Shown: positions 26,613 to 37,893 of the stretch, one piece after another
How the letters are laid out: each line of letters starts with the position of its first letter
How positions within the stretch are numbered: position 1 is the stretch's first letter
NCBI RefSeq assembly: GCF_030028105.1
Contig: NC_092396.1
Span: 23,499,738 to 23,563,737, forward strand
Reading direction: 5' to 3'
DNA: 64,000 nucleotides
Origin: Mobula birostris
Taxonomy: Eukaryota
Position numbers and translations under genes: made by a program
Notes under the pieces: generated by a model
The model's input: only the letters and a program-made list of their open reading frames with translations
The model's database searches: none
What the model was told of the DNA's origin: nothing

Positions 26613-27511
26613 CTGTCCGAAAAGAAAAACAGAGAAAAAATAAGGATTAAGCAACAAATTATGGAATGATAATGAAAAGTGACCATCTAACAGGAGTAAA
26701 AAATCTATAATGCTACAGGACTCTCTTAGAACTTGTCTTTCATCAAATATCTGAAAGAATAAATTCATTATGGGAATGCTCGTATTTGGTTCTGTTAAAC
26801 CGTACACTACCAAGCAGAAGCCTGTGTAAATAATGTCTACTTTTCCCAAATCCTTGCTAATTTTTAGAAATTAAAAGTGAGATTCCAAGAAGGAAGTATT
26901 TTACAATAGTTTTTTGTATTTGTACATCAGCTTCCTATGTTTTAATTATTTTGTTTAAGACTATAAGTGCTTCAGGACAGAATTTGAATGGCTAAACATG
27001 TAGTCCCGGGTTACAAATGAGTTCTGATTTTTCAGATCTCCGCAAGTTGATTCTGTTTACCAGTAAGAAAGTATACAAAATGTCTTGATACGATAATCCA
27101 CAGTATTGTAATGAATACCTTTGAGGGCCAATTAATGTGAGCATTTATTTATCATCTTCCCCTGCCTGGTTATAATGGTACATAATCAGGATGTCCCATG
27201 CTCTATAGGTTTGACGTATTCATAGCTTTTGAACGCATCAAAGTGAAAAGGCACTTTTCACTTGAGGCCGAGTATTTGTAACCCATGAGGACCTGTATTT
27301 TATACACAAAAGGCATGCATACAGAAGAGAAAATCAGTCTCTTCATGTTAAAACTTTCCTTTCTGGCCCTTTGGAAGACCTTAGTATTGAAGCTGTGGGC
27401 TCCACTTAGTTGACTAAGAACTCATTGGATGGAGGCTAATGCAAGGCAGCACTGCAATAAAGTGTGAGCTCCATGACCCCATAATTAGTGCTTAATTGTG
27501 AAAGTACTCAC

Positions 27512-27688
27512 TTCTTTGGTCAAATTTTTTTTAACAATAACCTTAAAGGACAATTTCTCAAAGAGATTTTCAACACTTTTACAATCAACATCAGAGCCCA
27601 GGCGACTTTTCAAATTGCTGTCTGGATGGAAGTCCACATTGTTGATGATCAAACAATACCCTCGAGGATTGGCATCCATTTTGTAAGC
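27512..27688 (-). CDS. CASP9: Caspase-9 exon 4 (AYKMDANPRGYCLIINNVDF...NLTKE)
   Basis: Start of large subunit, G-x-CLIINN motif; 177 nt, AG/GT flanks. Confidence 0.95.
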
Positions 27689-28887
27689 CTAGAAGTAAGC
27701 AAAGGGGTCAGTAAGAACCAAAGAAAGTAATCGTGGTTCCATGCTGCTTCTCTCTATGACTCATACTGAAAATGCAAATGTAATTTTCGCCCATTACAGT
27801 CTCCTCTCGATAATTCAATGTGTTTTTCTTTCACTGAAATATTAAATAATCTAATAATTTACATTAAATCCTGTAAATGTGGATAAGATAAATTTAAAGG
27901 TAATTTGACATTTTTTTAAAGGATTCAGTGATTTGGAAGATGGATAAAGAAATCATGTTTCTGACTGTGGTGTCCAAAAGGAGACCACAAATGAAAGAGT
28001 TAATAATAAATCCATGAATTAATTCAGGAAAAATATTTAGTCAAAAAGTTCTAAGAATAAAGAATGTGGGGATGGTTGAAGAAAATACCTTTTTGGAGTT
28101 AATAGGTGAAAGAGAAAGAAAGATATGTTGATATGAAGTGAGACTGGAGATTTTCCAGAGCATATATACCAAATGGTTTGGTTTAGTAATGCAAGTTCAT
28201 GGTAAATTATGCTACAAAATGGAAATGTGATAAAAAATAAAATATTCATTTTAAAGAGAATAAAGTTGTGAAATAAGAATAAATATAATACACTACACCT
28301 GCACAAAAATAAAGGTAATAATATTGGCTTAATTTTTTTCAGGAGTGGGAAACCAAAGATATGGATGTCACCAATGGGAAACTGTCACTATCAGCATCTC
28401 ATCTTAGTATAATAGAGATATTAATCTAGTTCCCGGTTTCAACAAATGTACTTATAGCAGCAGATAATAGTATTAGTAGGAATTACTCCAATCATATTGG
28501 TGGGAATACTTATAACCAATCAAGCACTATACTGCAAAAACCTGTATAACAAACCAATGTATACCAATAACTAAATTGAGAGACACTTTGCACAAGAGCC
28601 TTACAGCCAACTGGAACACTGGTTCATAAATAAATTTAAAATTGATAACATCTCTAGTCCCAAAGGAAAGACTCAGTATGTTCATCATCTGTCAGATCAC
28701 CTATTGAATTCCTCATTTTATATCTTAATAAAGTATAAATTTCATCTGCGTAGTATCATATTGGTTTAGATTTGGGCACAAGTTATTTCTACAAAAAACT
28801 CCATCATTAGAACAATTATCTTCTGTATCAATAAAGATCTTTCATAAATTTAAAAAATCTTCATTTGACACTGATGTAAATGCTCAC

Positions 28888-28949
28888 CGTGTCATACTTT
28901 TGTCCTTTGTTGGCTGGTTTTCCTGGAACCAGGAAATCAATATCTGAAC
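28888..28949 (-). CDS. CASP9: Caspase-9 exon 3 (linker, CSDIDFLVPGKPANKGQKYDT)
   Basis: 62-nt open exon with tttcag acceptor and gtgagc donor; converts phase 1 to phase 0 as needed between exons 2 and 4; poorly conserved sequence, so supported mainly by phase. Confidence 0.75.
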
Positions 28950-30019
28950 CTGAAACATGAGGACAGTTATCATTATACTGTCTCCTCTACATAAAAAATC
29001 TTTGCTAAGTAATTGTAATTTCAAACTCCTGCCGATTTAACGTCTGACTCTGTTAGTCACTATTCATCTGCACTATGCTCCTTCGACACATTGACATTGC
29101 TATCAGCAGAAAACCCTCATTTTCTCTTAAATTGACTCTATATTCATGTCAGCATGAATAAATTTAATGCATGTGTTATTTAAATGTTCCCACTGTTTAC
29201 TTGATATATCCAAATTTCATAGCCCATGTCAGGTGTGGAAATGTATTTGAAACTTTGAGGTTTTATGTATTTCATCTTGTAATGTAACAAAATGGAACCT
29301 GTAAAATCCCATAATGCTTTGCTATATCATAGTCATAGTCATAGACATACTTTATTGATCCCAAGGGAAATAGATTTCCCAATTTTTCTGGGAATATATG
29401 CTGAGTATGTATGTGACAGGAGCCATGTAATGTCTTTGATCATTGTTCATTGCTCTGCAACTAAGGGGAGGTTGATGCTGGCCTTGAAGTGTAGCTGTAC
29501 TAGAGGAGCTGACCTTGCAGAACAGATAAAAGATAACAGCCAAAGCATAACCTGAAAACTTGTATAAAAAGGAACTTCATAAGCCGTAAATCAGGAGCAG
29601 CCTCCAGCCATTGAGGAGTGGAAATGTTTCATGTTATTGCTAGCAATAAATATGTCACTGAACAGAAACACACTTATTTTTGGTTCCTTGTATAAAAACA
29701 TAGTAAAAGGTACACAACACAGTCTTCGTAAATATCTGAAACACTTGATGATTCAGATCCATTTTCGATTTTGCTATGCTATGTTGCACACCATTCAAAC
29801 CTCTTGTCTATTAGTCATCTTTTTAATACTTTCTACATTCTTCTCAGTGGGGGGAGAGAAGGAGGACCTTCTGCTACAACTGATGGCTGGGACACATAGT
29901 TACAAACTCAGAAGCTGCAACTAGGCCTGAATTAGTATAGAAAACAAATTAAAACAATTCCATTACCAAGTAATTAGTTCTTAAAATGCACAACCAATTC
30001 TTTAAGATTTTTTACATAC

Positions 30020-30260
30020 ATTGGACTGGGAGAGGAGTCTGGGTCACTTGCGGTGCTGGTTTATGTCGTTCGCCTATTTTGATTGGTTTAACTGAGATGG
30101 AAGTGCTAGGCTGCATCAGAAGCCCCTCTTTCAGTAAATCAGCAAGATTATGTTGTTTGGTTTCTTCTAGACTCTCCAAAAAAGCTGGAAATGCTCTTGT
30201 CCCACGACTCTGCAGATCAATTATCAACTGACGGGCTTGGTCTCTGCGTGTCCCCGAGTT
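30020..30260 (-). CDS. CASP9: Caspase-9 exon 2 (CARD C-terminus and linker, [20 protein letters not shown]...TPLPVQ)
   Basis: [14 protein letters not shown] is characteristic of the caspase-9 CARD; tag acceptor, gtatgt donor, ends phase 1. Confidence 0.93.
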
Positions 30261-30341
30261 CTACAGTACAAGAAGTACTCTATGAGTCAAATTTTGATCA
30301 ATTATAAAATGTAATCTCAAACTAACTAACATTACAACATT

Positions 30342-30435
30342 AACAAAATGCTGCCCGGCCTGCTGAGTTCCTCCAGCATTTTGTGTGTGTTACTCAGATT
30401 TCTAGCATCTGCAGATTTTATCTTGTTTGTCGATT
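30342..30435 (+). mobile_element. 94-bp Penelope tail-only insert
   Basis: tgctgcccggcctgctgagttcctccagcattttgtgtgtg...gcatctgcag; TSD TTACAACATT at 30332-30341 and 30436-30445. Confidence 0.7.
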
Positions 30436-31539
30436 TTACAACATTTGCTGGCATTCAATTTATTGAAATGGTTGATCTTCCAGAGTTTCATCATGACAAG
30501 CAGAAATCAAAACAAATTTCAGCAAATAGCCATAACATCTCTTATACACCTCCAATTCAAACACTCTCCAAATGTCTGGACTATACATGTAAATATAAAC
30601 ACGGTGATGGGCAATGTGTTAAACATAATGTTTTCAAGCTCCCACACTCCCAGTTATTTTATCTTCCTAGACTTGTGTTAATGTCCTCATCTAAATAATA
30701 TGCAAGGTTTTGATTGAGGAAAGATGACAATTGTGTATCTTATTCCTTCCACTTGAGATCAGGGCAAAAATTAAAAATGGGACCTGTGGATTTTTTTTCC
30801 CAGGATTCCAGCATTAGCAATTTCACAATTGAAACACCACAATAATGACTCAAAACTTACTTTAAGATTCAGAATGAAGTTTCATTTTCATCTCTTGATT
30901 TCATTGCAAACCTGCCATAGATTACAAGTTTTTTTAAACACCATTGGCTTGTCATCTTATTAAATAGTCTACCTCCTCATTGGGAGTCAATTTTGAAATG
31001 AAAGTAGATTACATCAGGACTGACTTGCACAATTACAACGATTTGTTTGGGTTGGGTATTTTTCAAGACGATAGATAAGATAAAGGGAAAGAAATGTGCC
31101 AGACAGGAATAGTTCAAGCACATCAAACTGACCGGATTTTCTTCAAGCAAGTGGACTTTCTATGTATTACATTCCTGACACAACCTCAGTTGTGGAAGCA
31201 ATTAAATGAACATTTAAAACATTAAAAGATCCAAACAGGAATGTTTTCCAAACCATCTTAAGTGCATATCAAAACAAGTAGATCTTAACGAATAATGCAG
31301 AAAATGACGGAAACAATACAATGTTGTCATCTCTCCACTGAAGCTGCCTGATGATTTACTATTTTCAACCTATTGTTGTTATTTCATATTCCAGCATCTG
31401 CACGATTTCAGGAAAATAATGTATTACCGCTCCTTTAAAATCCCACCTAGCCAAGGACTTTGACCTGAAATGTTATTTCGACAAATGCTGCTTAACCTGC
31501 TTGGCCTTTCGTCTCTTGCACTTTCTCTATTTATTTCAG

Positions 31540-31990
31540 AACGCCAGTATCGCCGCGCTTTATTTATTTTCCTGGAATCTCGGTTAGGAACGACCGGACT
31601 CCCTACATCTCTCCGACGATGGAGCGGAGAGTGTCACTAACATCCCAATCACTCCCGGGAGTCCCATCTCCCTCTCACACCTTGACTTCCTCGATCATGT
31701 CCTCAGTGAAAATATTTTTCGCCACCAGCCGGCTATAAAGGTGTTCAGGTTGCAGGTTGTTCACCAACGTTACTCGGTGCTTTTGCAGCAGCCTTCGTTG
31801 ACTCTCTTCCATCTTGGCGGAGCCCTCGACCGCTGAGCTACCCGGGGTTTCGACCCACCCAAGATGGCTGCGCGGCGTTGACCGACTCAAGATGGCGCCG
31901 TTGACGCGCTCAAAATGCCTGCGCGAGGTTGACCCACTCAAGATGACTACGCTGACGTACTCAACCTGGTGGCGGCCCCTGTACTCAGAG
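31540..31990 (-). promoter_or_regulatory. CASP9 CpG-rich promoter/5'UTR with tandem CAAGATGG (YY1-like) units
   Basis: Local CpG enrichment around exon 1; five degenerate units at 31847-31975. Confidence 0.6.
31681..31812 (-). CDS. CASP9: Caspase-9 exon 1 (CARD N-terminus, MEESQRRLLQKHRVTLV...DMIEEVK)
   Basis: GCCAAGATGG Kozak context; 44 codons then GT donor; CARD-like sequence; lies in a GC/CpG-rich region. Confidence 0.93.
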
Positions 31991-32661
31991 CAACGATCCT
32001 TGTGGGAGTTTTAAAAGCTTGCAGATGCTGGAATCGGGTGGAAAAATAAATACACTGCTGGCCGCTGAGTTCCTCCAGTAGCCTGTTTTTTAAACACCCA
32101 TGGGAGTCTGGCTCAGAAGCCAGAACAGGTCAAATCTAATATAAACGCTGTTTCAAAAATTCTCTAAACACTTGCCAGGGTCAGACAGCATCTGAGGATT
32201 CAAGGAGGAACGTTTCCAAACCATCTGAAAAGTGTATATCAAAACGAGTAGATCTTAAAGAACAAGTAATTCAGGAAATGCTGAAGCTGTCTGACCTACT
32301 GAGCATCTCCAGGGTATTCTGTTTTACTTCCAACATCTGGAGGGTTATTTTTGTTTGTTACTTTGTTATTTTAAAACTTACACATCTAACTACCATTTGC
32401 TGCACCTGCTGATTTAAAGGAAAATTTCAAAGGATTTAAAATCAAAAACGACTCAGGATGTAGGCATAGAACTAAAATTATTGTTTATAGAACAACTTCT
32501 GTCAAGGTTGCTAAGGGAGCAACCCTCTATTCTCTCAAGTTCAGGTTCATTGTCATTCAGACATACAAGTGTGTACTGTCAAATGAAACAACGTTCCTCT
32601 GAAGCAAGGTGCACAACACCGTACATATAACTCACAGACAACACATCCTTTAATAATCCCA

Positions 32662-33376
32662 AACACGAGAAAATCTGCAGATGCTGGAAATTCAAGCAAC
32701 ACATTCAAAATGCTGGTGGAACGCAGCAGGCCAGGCAGCATCTCTAGGAAGAGGTACAGTCGACGTTTTGGGCTGAGACCCTTCGTCGGGACTAACTGAA
32801 AGAAGAGATAGTAAGAGATTTGAAAGTGGGAGGGGGAGGGGGAGATCCAAAATGATAGAAGAAGACAGGAGGGGGAGGGAAGAAGCTAAGAATTGGACAC
32901 GCCAACTGAACTTCTTCTTATAGATGCAGCCTGGCCTGCTGCGTTCCACCAGCATTTTGTGTGTGTGCTTGAATTTCCAGCATCTGCAGATTTTCTCATT
33001 TTTGTGTTTTTAAATTCACTACTGTGAAGCTTCTTACAGTGATGCCTACACTGAAGAAGTTTAAATCTTCTCTTCGACAGGAGTTTAGTGAAACCCTCTC
33101 TCACTGTTCCCCATCTGCAATTTCTTCAGCCCTTCAACTTTTTGACCATACTCTCACCCAGACCCGCTATTACAGCCATATATCCTTCCTTGGAACATGT
33201 CCAGCTCTTAGCTTCTATCATTTTGGATCTCCCCCTCCCCCTCCCATTTTCAAATCTCTTAATATCTCTTCTTTCAGTTAGTCCTGACAAAGGGTCTCGG
33301 CCCGTAACTTCGACTGTACTTCTTCCTATAGATGCTGCCCGGCCTGCTGCGTTCCACCAGCATTTTGTGTGTGTTG
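32662..33376. mobile_element. Penelope insertion with inverted pseudo-LTRs and a probable ORF N-terminal remnant
   Basis: Minus pLTR, plus tail with short ORF, plus pLTR; mutated hammerheads at 32757-32794 (-) and 33279-33316 (+); TSD CTTTAATAATCCCA at 32648-32661 and 33377-33390. Confidence 0.8.
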
Positions 33377-33525
33377 CTTTAATAATCCCAGATATTTTTT
33401 CTGTCTGCTTGGACAGGAGGTACAGAAGCCATGTCACCAGGTTCAAGGACAGCTACTTCCATTTGGTTCTAGAATCTACCAGAACAATTTCAATCCCTGC
33501 AGTGTAACAGCATGATGATCACCTT

Positions 33526-33754
33526 CAAAGTTGCTGATGAATGCAGCAGGCCAGGCAGCATCTCTAGGAAGAGGTACATCCGACGTTTCAGGCCGAGACC
33601 CTTCCTCAGGACTAATCGTTAGTCCTAACGAAGGGTCTCGGCCCAAAATGTTGACTGTACCTCTTCCTAGAGATGCTGCCTGGCCTGCTACGTTCACCAG
33701 CAACTTTGATGTGTGTTGCTTGAATTTCCAGCATCTGCAGAATCCCTCGTGTTA
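33526..33754. mobile_element. Fold-back Penelope mini-insert: two inverted hammerhead-plus-tail arms
   Basis: About 90-bp inverted arms around ggactaa-tcg-ttagtcc; TSD ATGATCACCTT at 33515-33525 and 33755-33765. Confidence 0.8.
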
Positions 33755-35179
33755 ATGATCACCTTGGTCACTTTGCCCGAAAAAAGACTTTGTTGTTTTT
33801 TTGTTCTAAGTGTGTTCTTTCTTGTAAAAAGTCATGTATAATTTATGGGGTTTTTTTACATAAGATGCTATATGCCTATATGTTATGCTGCTAGTACATT
33901 TTTCATTGCGCTTATACATAAGACAATAAACTCCACTTTGACTCTAGCAATAGTTGTAAATCTGTTGATTTCACCCCTCTGATTTTCACTTTCTGATTTA
34001 CTTTTTACTCACTTCAACATGCATCCCATTGCCTTTGTGCTTGAGCAGATCCCAGTTATCCCATTAAAACAGAATTTGCTGGAAAATCTGAAATTAAAAA
34101 AAAACAAAATAAAATGGTGGAACTACTCAGCAGTTCTGGTAGCACCTGTGGCGAGAGAAAGAATTATATAAATAATTCAGGTGCTGAGGGGCTGAACAGG
34201 CTGTGTGCCTCTTTGTGCTGGCTCCTACAGTGGACAGAAATAACCATGCTAATTGTTGTTGCGTGAATGAAATCACTGGAGAAAATTACTGGTAGATGTG
34301 AAGCAGCTTCCTTATTGTAACAAACAAGGTACAGCAGACATCACAAGGAGACGCTTTCGGTCAAAAGGTCTGCTGGCTCGACGTGGGGCTCAATACTTTA
34401 TGTGTCCAACATCAAAGGACAGCTCCATATTTACAATGTATGGACAATGCTTTCTTTGAAGGTACATACAACCCTCACACCTCCTGATTCACACCCACAC
34501 CAACGACATCCAAATGAATTTCAATCAGCATGTCTGGACTGCGATTCACAGCTTGTCGGAACTCATTGGTTCAGAGCTGCACCACAAATTAAATGCACAA
34601 TACATATTCAGATATGAAGACTGGGAGCCAAAGTCAATTGCTAAATGTCTATGTCCTAAACCCAAAAATCACTCAACACTAATCAAGGTGAGGTCCAACT
34701 AGAGCGTGATCAGACCAATTTGGATTTCCTTTGATTGGCATTTATTTGTTCTGCTTGGTTGTTTCATTAGCTCATCTTGGTAAATCTACCAAAGCTTCCT
34801 GATGCCTGTCTTCTGTTCTCTTTGCCGTATTTCATTCTCGTCCATTTTAATTTTATCATCTACTTTTGATTTTCACATATTTTACACTTAACGGTTTGTG
34901 ATCTCCAATTAATGAACATACTGCTCCTTCCAATCTGCTAGCACTGCATTTCCAGATCCAGTTGTTCCAACATGGAATCCGGTGGTATGTTATCACTATT
35001 AACTCCTTACTCTTGTTTTTATTCAAAGGTTTATTTTATTATCAAAGCATATATGCAGAATAGAACTCCATAAGATACAGAAAAACCATGGAAACCATTA
35101 ATCCTGTTGGCCTTCTGATTTCAGTCAGTGTTATACCTATACCCAAGATTTATCTGAATCACCAGAGCAGAGTTTTGAA

Positions 35180-35790
35180 CTTATTAAATTGGGGGACCAC
35201 ATCACAGGGCCCCTCCACTCCATCTGCCAAAAGTGGGACTTCCCAGCGGCCAAACATCTTAATTCCCATTCCAGCATTTTGGTCTATCACTCAACTTGTG
35301 CCATGATGAGGCCACCCTCAGAGTAGAGGAGCAACACCTTATATTTCGTTTGGGTAGCCTCCAAACTGACAGAACGAATATTGATTTTTCCTTCTGCTAA
35401 AAAAAAATTACTCCCCTCCCCCTTCTTCTATCCCCTACTCTGATCTCTTACTGCTTCTCAGCTGCCTATCACTTCCCTCTGGGTCCCCTCCTCCTTCCCT
35501 TGCTCCTATGAGCCACTCTCTTCTCCCAACAGGCTCCTTCCTCTCCAGTGCTTTATCTTTCCTACCCACCTGGCCTCACCTATCACCTTCTAGCTCTCCT
35601 CCTTCCCCTCCCTCAAACTTTTCAGTCTGACATCTTCCCCCTTCCTTTCCAGTCCTGAAGAAGGGTGTTGGCCCAAAAATTCGTTTATATATTCATTTCC
35701 ATAGATGCTGCTTGACCTGCTGAGTTTCTCCAGCGTTTTGTGTCTGTGTTGCTTTGGATTTCAAGCATCTGCAGACTTTCTGGAGTTTAT
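35180..35790 (+). mobile_element. Penelope-like 3' fragment (GIY-YIG end and pLTR)
   Basis: gaggccaccctcagagtagaggagcaacacc; degenerate hammerhead near 35650; tail. Confidence 0.75.
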
Positions 35791-36003
35791 GAACTAAATG
35801 GTAAAATAATGCTGCAGGAAAATGTTAGTAACAGATGTAGCAAGTGTTAGGAAGACAACTGGGACATTGACCTAACTTGTAAGAGGGTCGGAACAGAGAA
35901 ATATGGAAGTATTGTTCCAATTTTACAACATGCTGGGTGAAGCTACACCCGCAATGCTGTACACAGCTTTGATCCTCTTATTGAAAAAAGGATATACTGA
36001 TAA

Positions 36004-36146
36004 TGGAGGGAGTCCAAAAGAGTACACTAGGCTAATTCCTGGGATAGGGGGTTAATTTAATGTAAGTATCTAATAAAATTTCTTAAGCTACTTACATTAA
36101 ATTAACCCCAGGAATTAGCCTAGTGTACTTTTTTGAACTCCCTCCA
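36004..36146. repeat. Inverted repeat (about 60-bp arms, 20-nt spacer) within a CR1 remnant
   Basis: agtacactaggctaattcct...ggggttaatttaatgtaagta versus its reverse complement. Confidence 0.85.
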
Positions 36147-36703
36147 GTGGAAGTAGCTTGACACGTACACTCATAAGTATATATATTTTTAGTGGATTTA
36201 GTAATTTTTTTGAAAGATCTGGGAATTTGTAACAAGGGGCTGTCACCGTAGGGAAGATGAGGCCTGGAACAGATCAACTTAATCAATGTTTTTAAAATGA
36301 GAGGCCAAATGACCTATTCCTGTTACTGTTTCCTTATATTCCAATTTCTCCTGCAATTTATTTTCTGTGTTGGTTTTCTATGGAAGTCTGGCACCAATAT
36401 CAGGATAAGTCAAAATTGAAATAAATGCTGTAACAAAAATTCTTTAAAGATTTGTCGGGATTTGATAATTAAATAAGATTGTCACTTTCTCAAAGGAAAT
36501 TGATCAATAGGATTTTCACAATCTGCATCAAATTCTGATAACTAGATTGTTACTATACAAATAAAGAATTTTTTAAAAAGTGTATGGAATTGATTGCAAT
36601 TAAACCATAATCTTGTATTTCCTCCTCGCTCTGTATAGGAACTTTAGAGAAACCTAGGTTGTTCGGGGATCCTTTTCCTTGCTGCAACGGGTGTTCATGA
36701 CAA

Positions 36704-36890
36704 GTTGGCCGCTGCTGATTGGTTAGCTTTGAGAACTTATGATTTTTGGAAACATATCGAAGCAACTGAGGGAACTAAAACAGACAGGAGTTGAAAATAA
36801 TTGAACTGAAATAAATGTTCTGATCTGTTAGTAGTAACTGTAGGAGACGGGGAGAGCGGCGGTGACTGGGGGAAGTATTTCCGGATCCGG
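36704..36890 (+). promoter_or_regulatory. DDOST proximal promoter: ERSE-like element (36704-36722, minus strand) and paired ETS-like sites (GGAAGTATTTCCGG)
   Basis: CCAAT-CAGCAGCGG-CCAAC on the minus strand; GC-rich region just upstream of the ATG. Confidence 0.45.
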
Positions 36891-36926
36891 TTGGAGTGGC
36901 GGCTGGGCGGCTGGGCGGCTCTGGAG

Positions 36927-37104
36927 ATGGCGGAGGGTCAGAATAGGAGCTGGGTTGGGAAGGTTGGGAGCCGGGCCTCGCTGCCCGTATTTCTGCTACT
37001 CGCCTGCCTCCTGTCCCTGGCGAATGGAGCTGGACGGACGCTGGTGCTTCTGGAGAATACCAACATGAAGGAAACGCATTCGATATACTTCAGGAGCCTG
37101 GCGG
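36927..37104 (+). CDS. DDOST: DDOST exon 1 (signal peptide, RTLVLLENTNMKETHSIYFRSLA)
   Basis: GAGATGG start; hydrophobic signal peptide; RTLVLL..ETHS..FRSL motif; gtgggt donor. Confidence 0.92.
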
Positions 37105-37893
37105 GTGGGTGAGAGGGATACTTTGCTCATAGGGAGACGTGGAATTGCTGGAGTTGGGTGAGTGGGTCGGGAGGTGGCAGAGTGCGAGATGGAATGATCT
37201 GTAGGAACAATCAACCCACTAAATCTGCTTCACTTCATGGAATCATTATGGTTATGCCCTTTACTCCTCCTTTATTCACTAAATCATCAGCTAGACAGTC
37301 CCGTGTGTTTAAAAAAAACACTCAAAAAAAAGAGGAAAATGTTCTGCAGACTTCTTCGGGTTCCCCCGAGTTACTGAAAGCAGTCCAAGAGGTCATCCGA
37401 AAAAGGACGCTTGCTTTTTTAAGGATGCAATCGATTCATTTCCAGCTGTGAGCGACCTCTCTTCCATTTTGAAGGCCCACACCTGGCATATCAGGTAGCA
37501 ACTTGGGCGATGGTTCCGGAACTCTCATGGAACCCATCGGGTGAGGTTTGGAGAGATTGAGTGGAAATATACTCCAATGTTGCCTGAAATAGTTGAATGA
37601 GTGAAGAGAGGTTCAACATGAGCACAAGCGATTCTGCAGAGGCTGAAAACACAAACTGCTGGAGCAAGTCAGGCAGAAGGCTCTCTGCCCACACGTCGAT
37701 TGTTTATTCCCCTCCATAGATGCTGCCTGACTTGCTGAGTTTCTGCAGCTTTTTGTGTGGGGCTTCAAAACGAACTGTTTTCTGCTACTGTATACAGAGG
37801 TTTAGGTTATTAATTCTGTATGTATTGTCCTGTGCTCACCTGTTGCATTTTTCTTCTTCTCTCCCCCCCCCCGCCCCCCCAACCTCTAATTAG

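Larger units (their letters stand above)
12773..31812 (-). other. CASP9: Caspase-9 gene span (ATG to stop), 9 coding exons, 1239 nt, 412 aa
   Basis: Exon lengths 132,241,62,177,90,151,177,110,99 join in frame with GT-AG ends; N-terminal CARD, LSHG and QACGG catalytic motifs, D/ATPF linker, FNFLRK C-terminus. Confidence 0.96.

Noticed and set aside
26289-26849. 186-aa ORF as a standalone gene
   Set aside because: Only 26523-26612 is CASP9 exon 5; the rest is intronic read-through.
31813-31941. N-terminal extension of CASP9 in ORF 31675..31941
   Set aside because: Begins at TTG, not ATG, and runs through the repeat array; the ATG at 31812 has good Kozak context and matches the CARD start.
31847-31975. 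CRISPR-like repeat-spacer array
   Set aside because: Eukaryotic locus, degenerate units, very short spacers, no cas genes.
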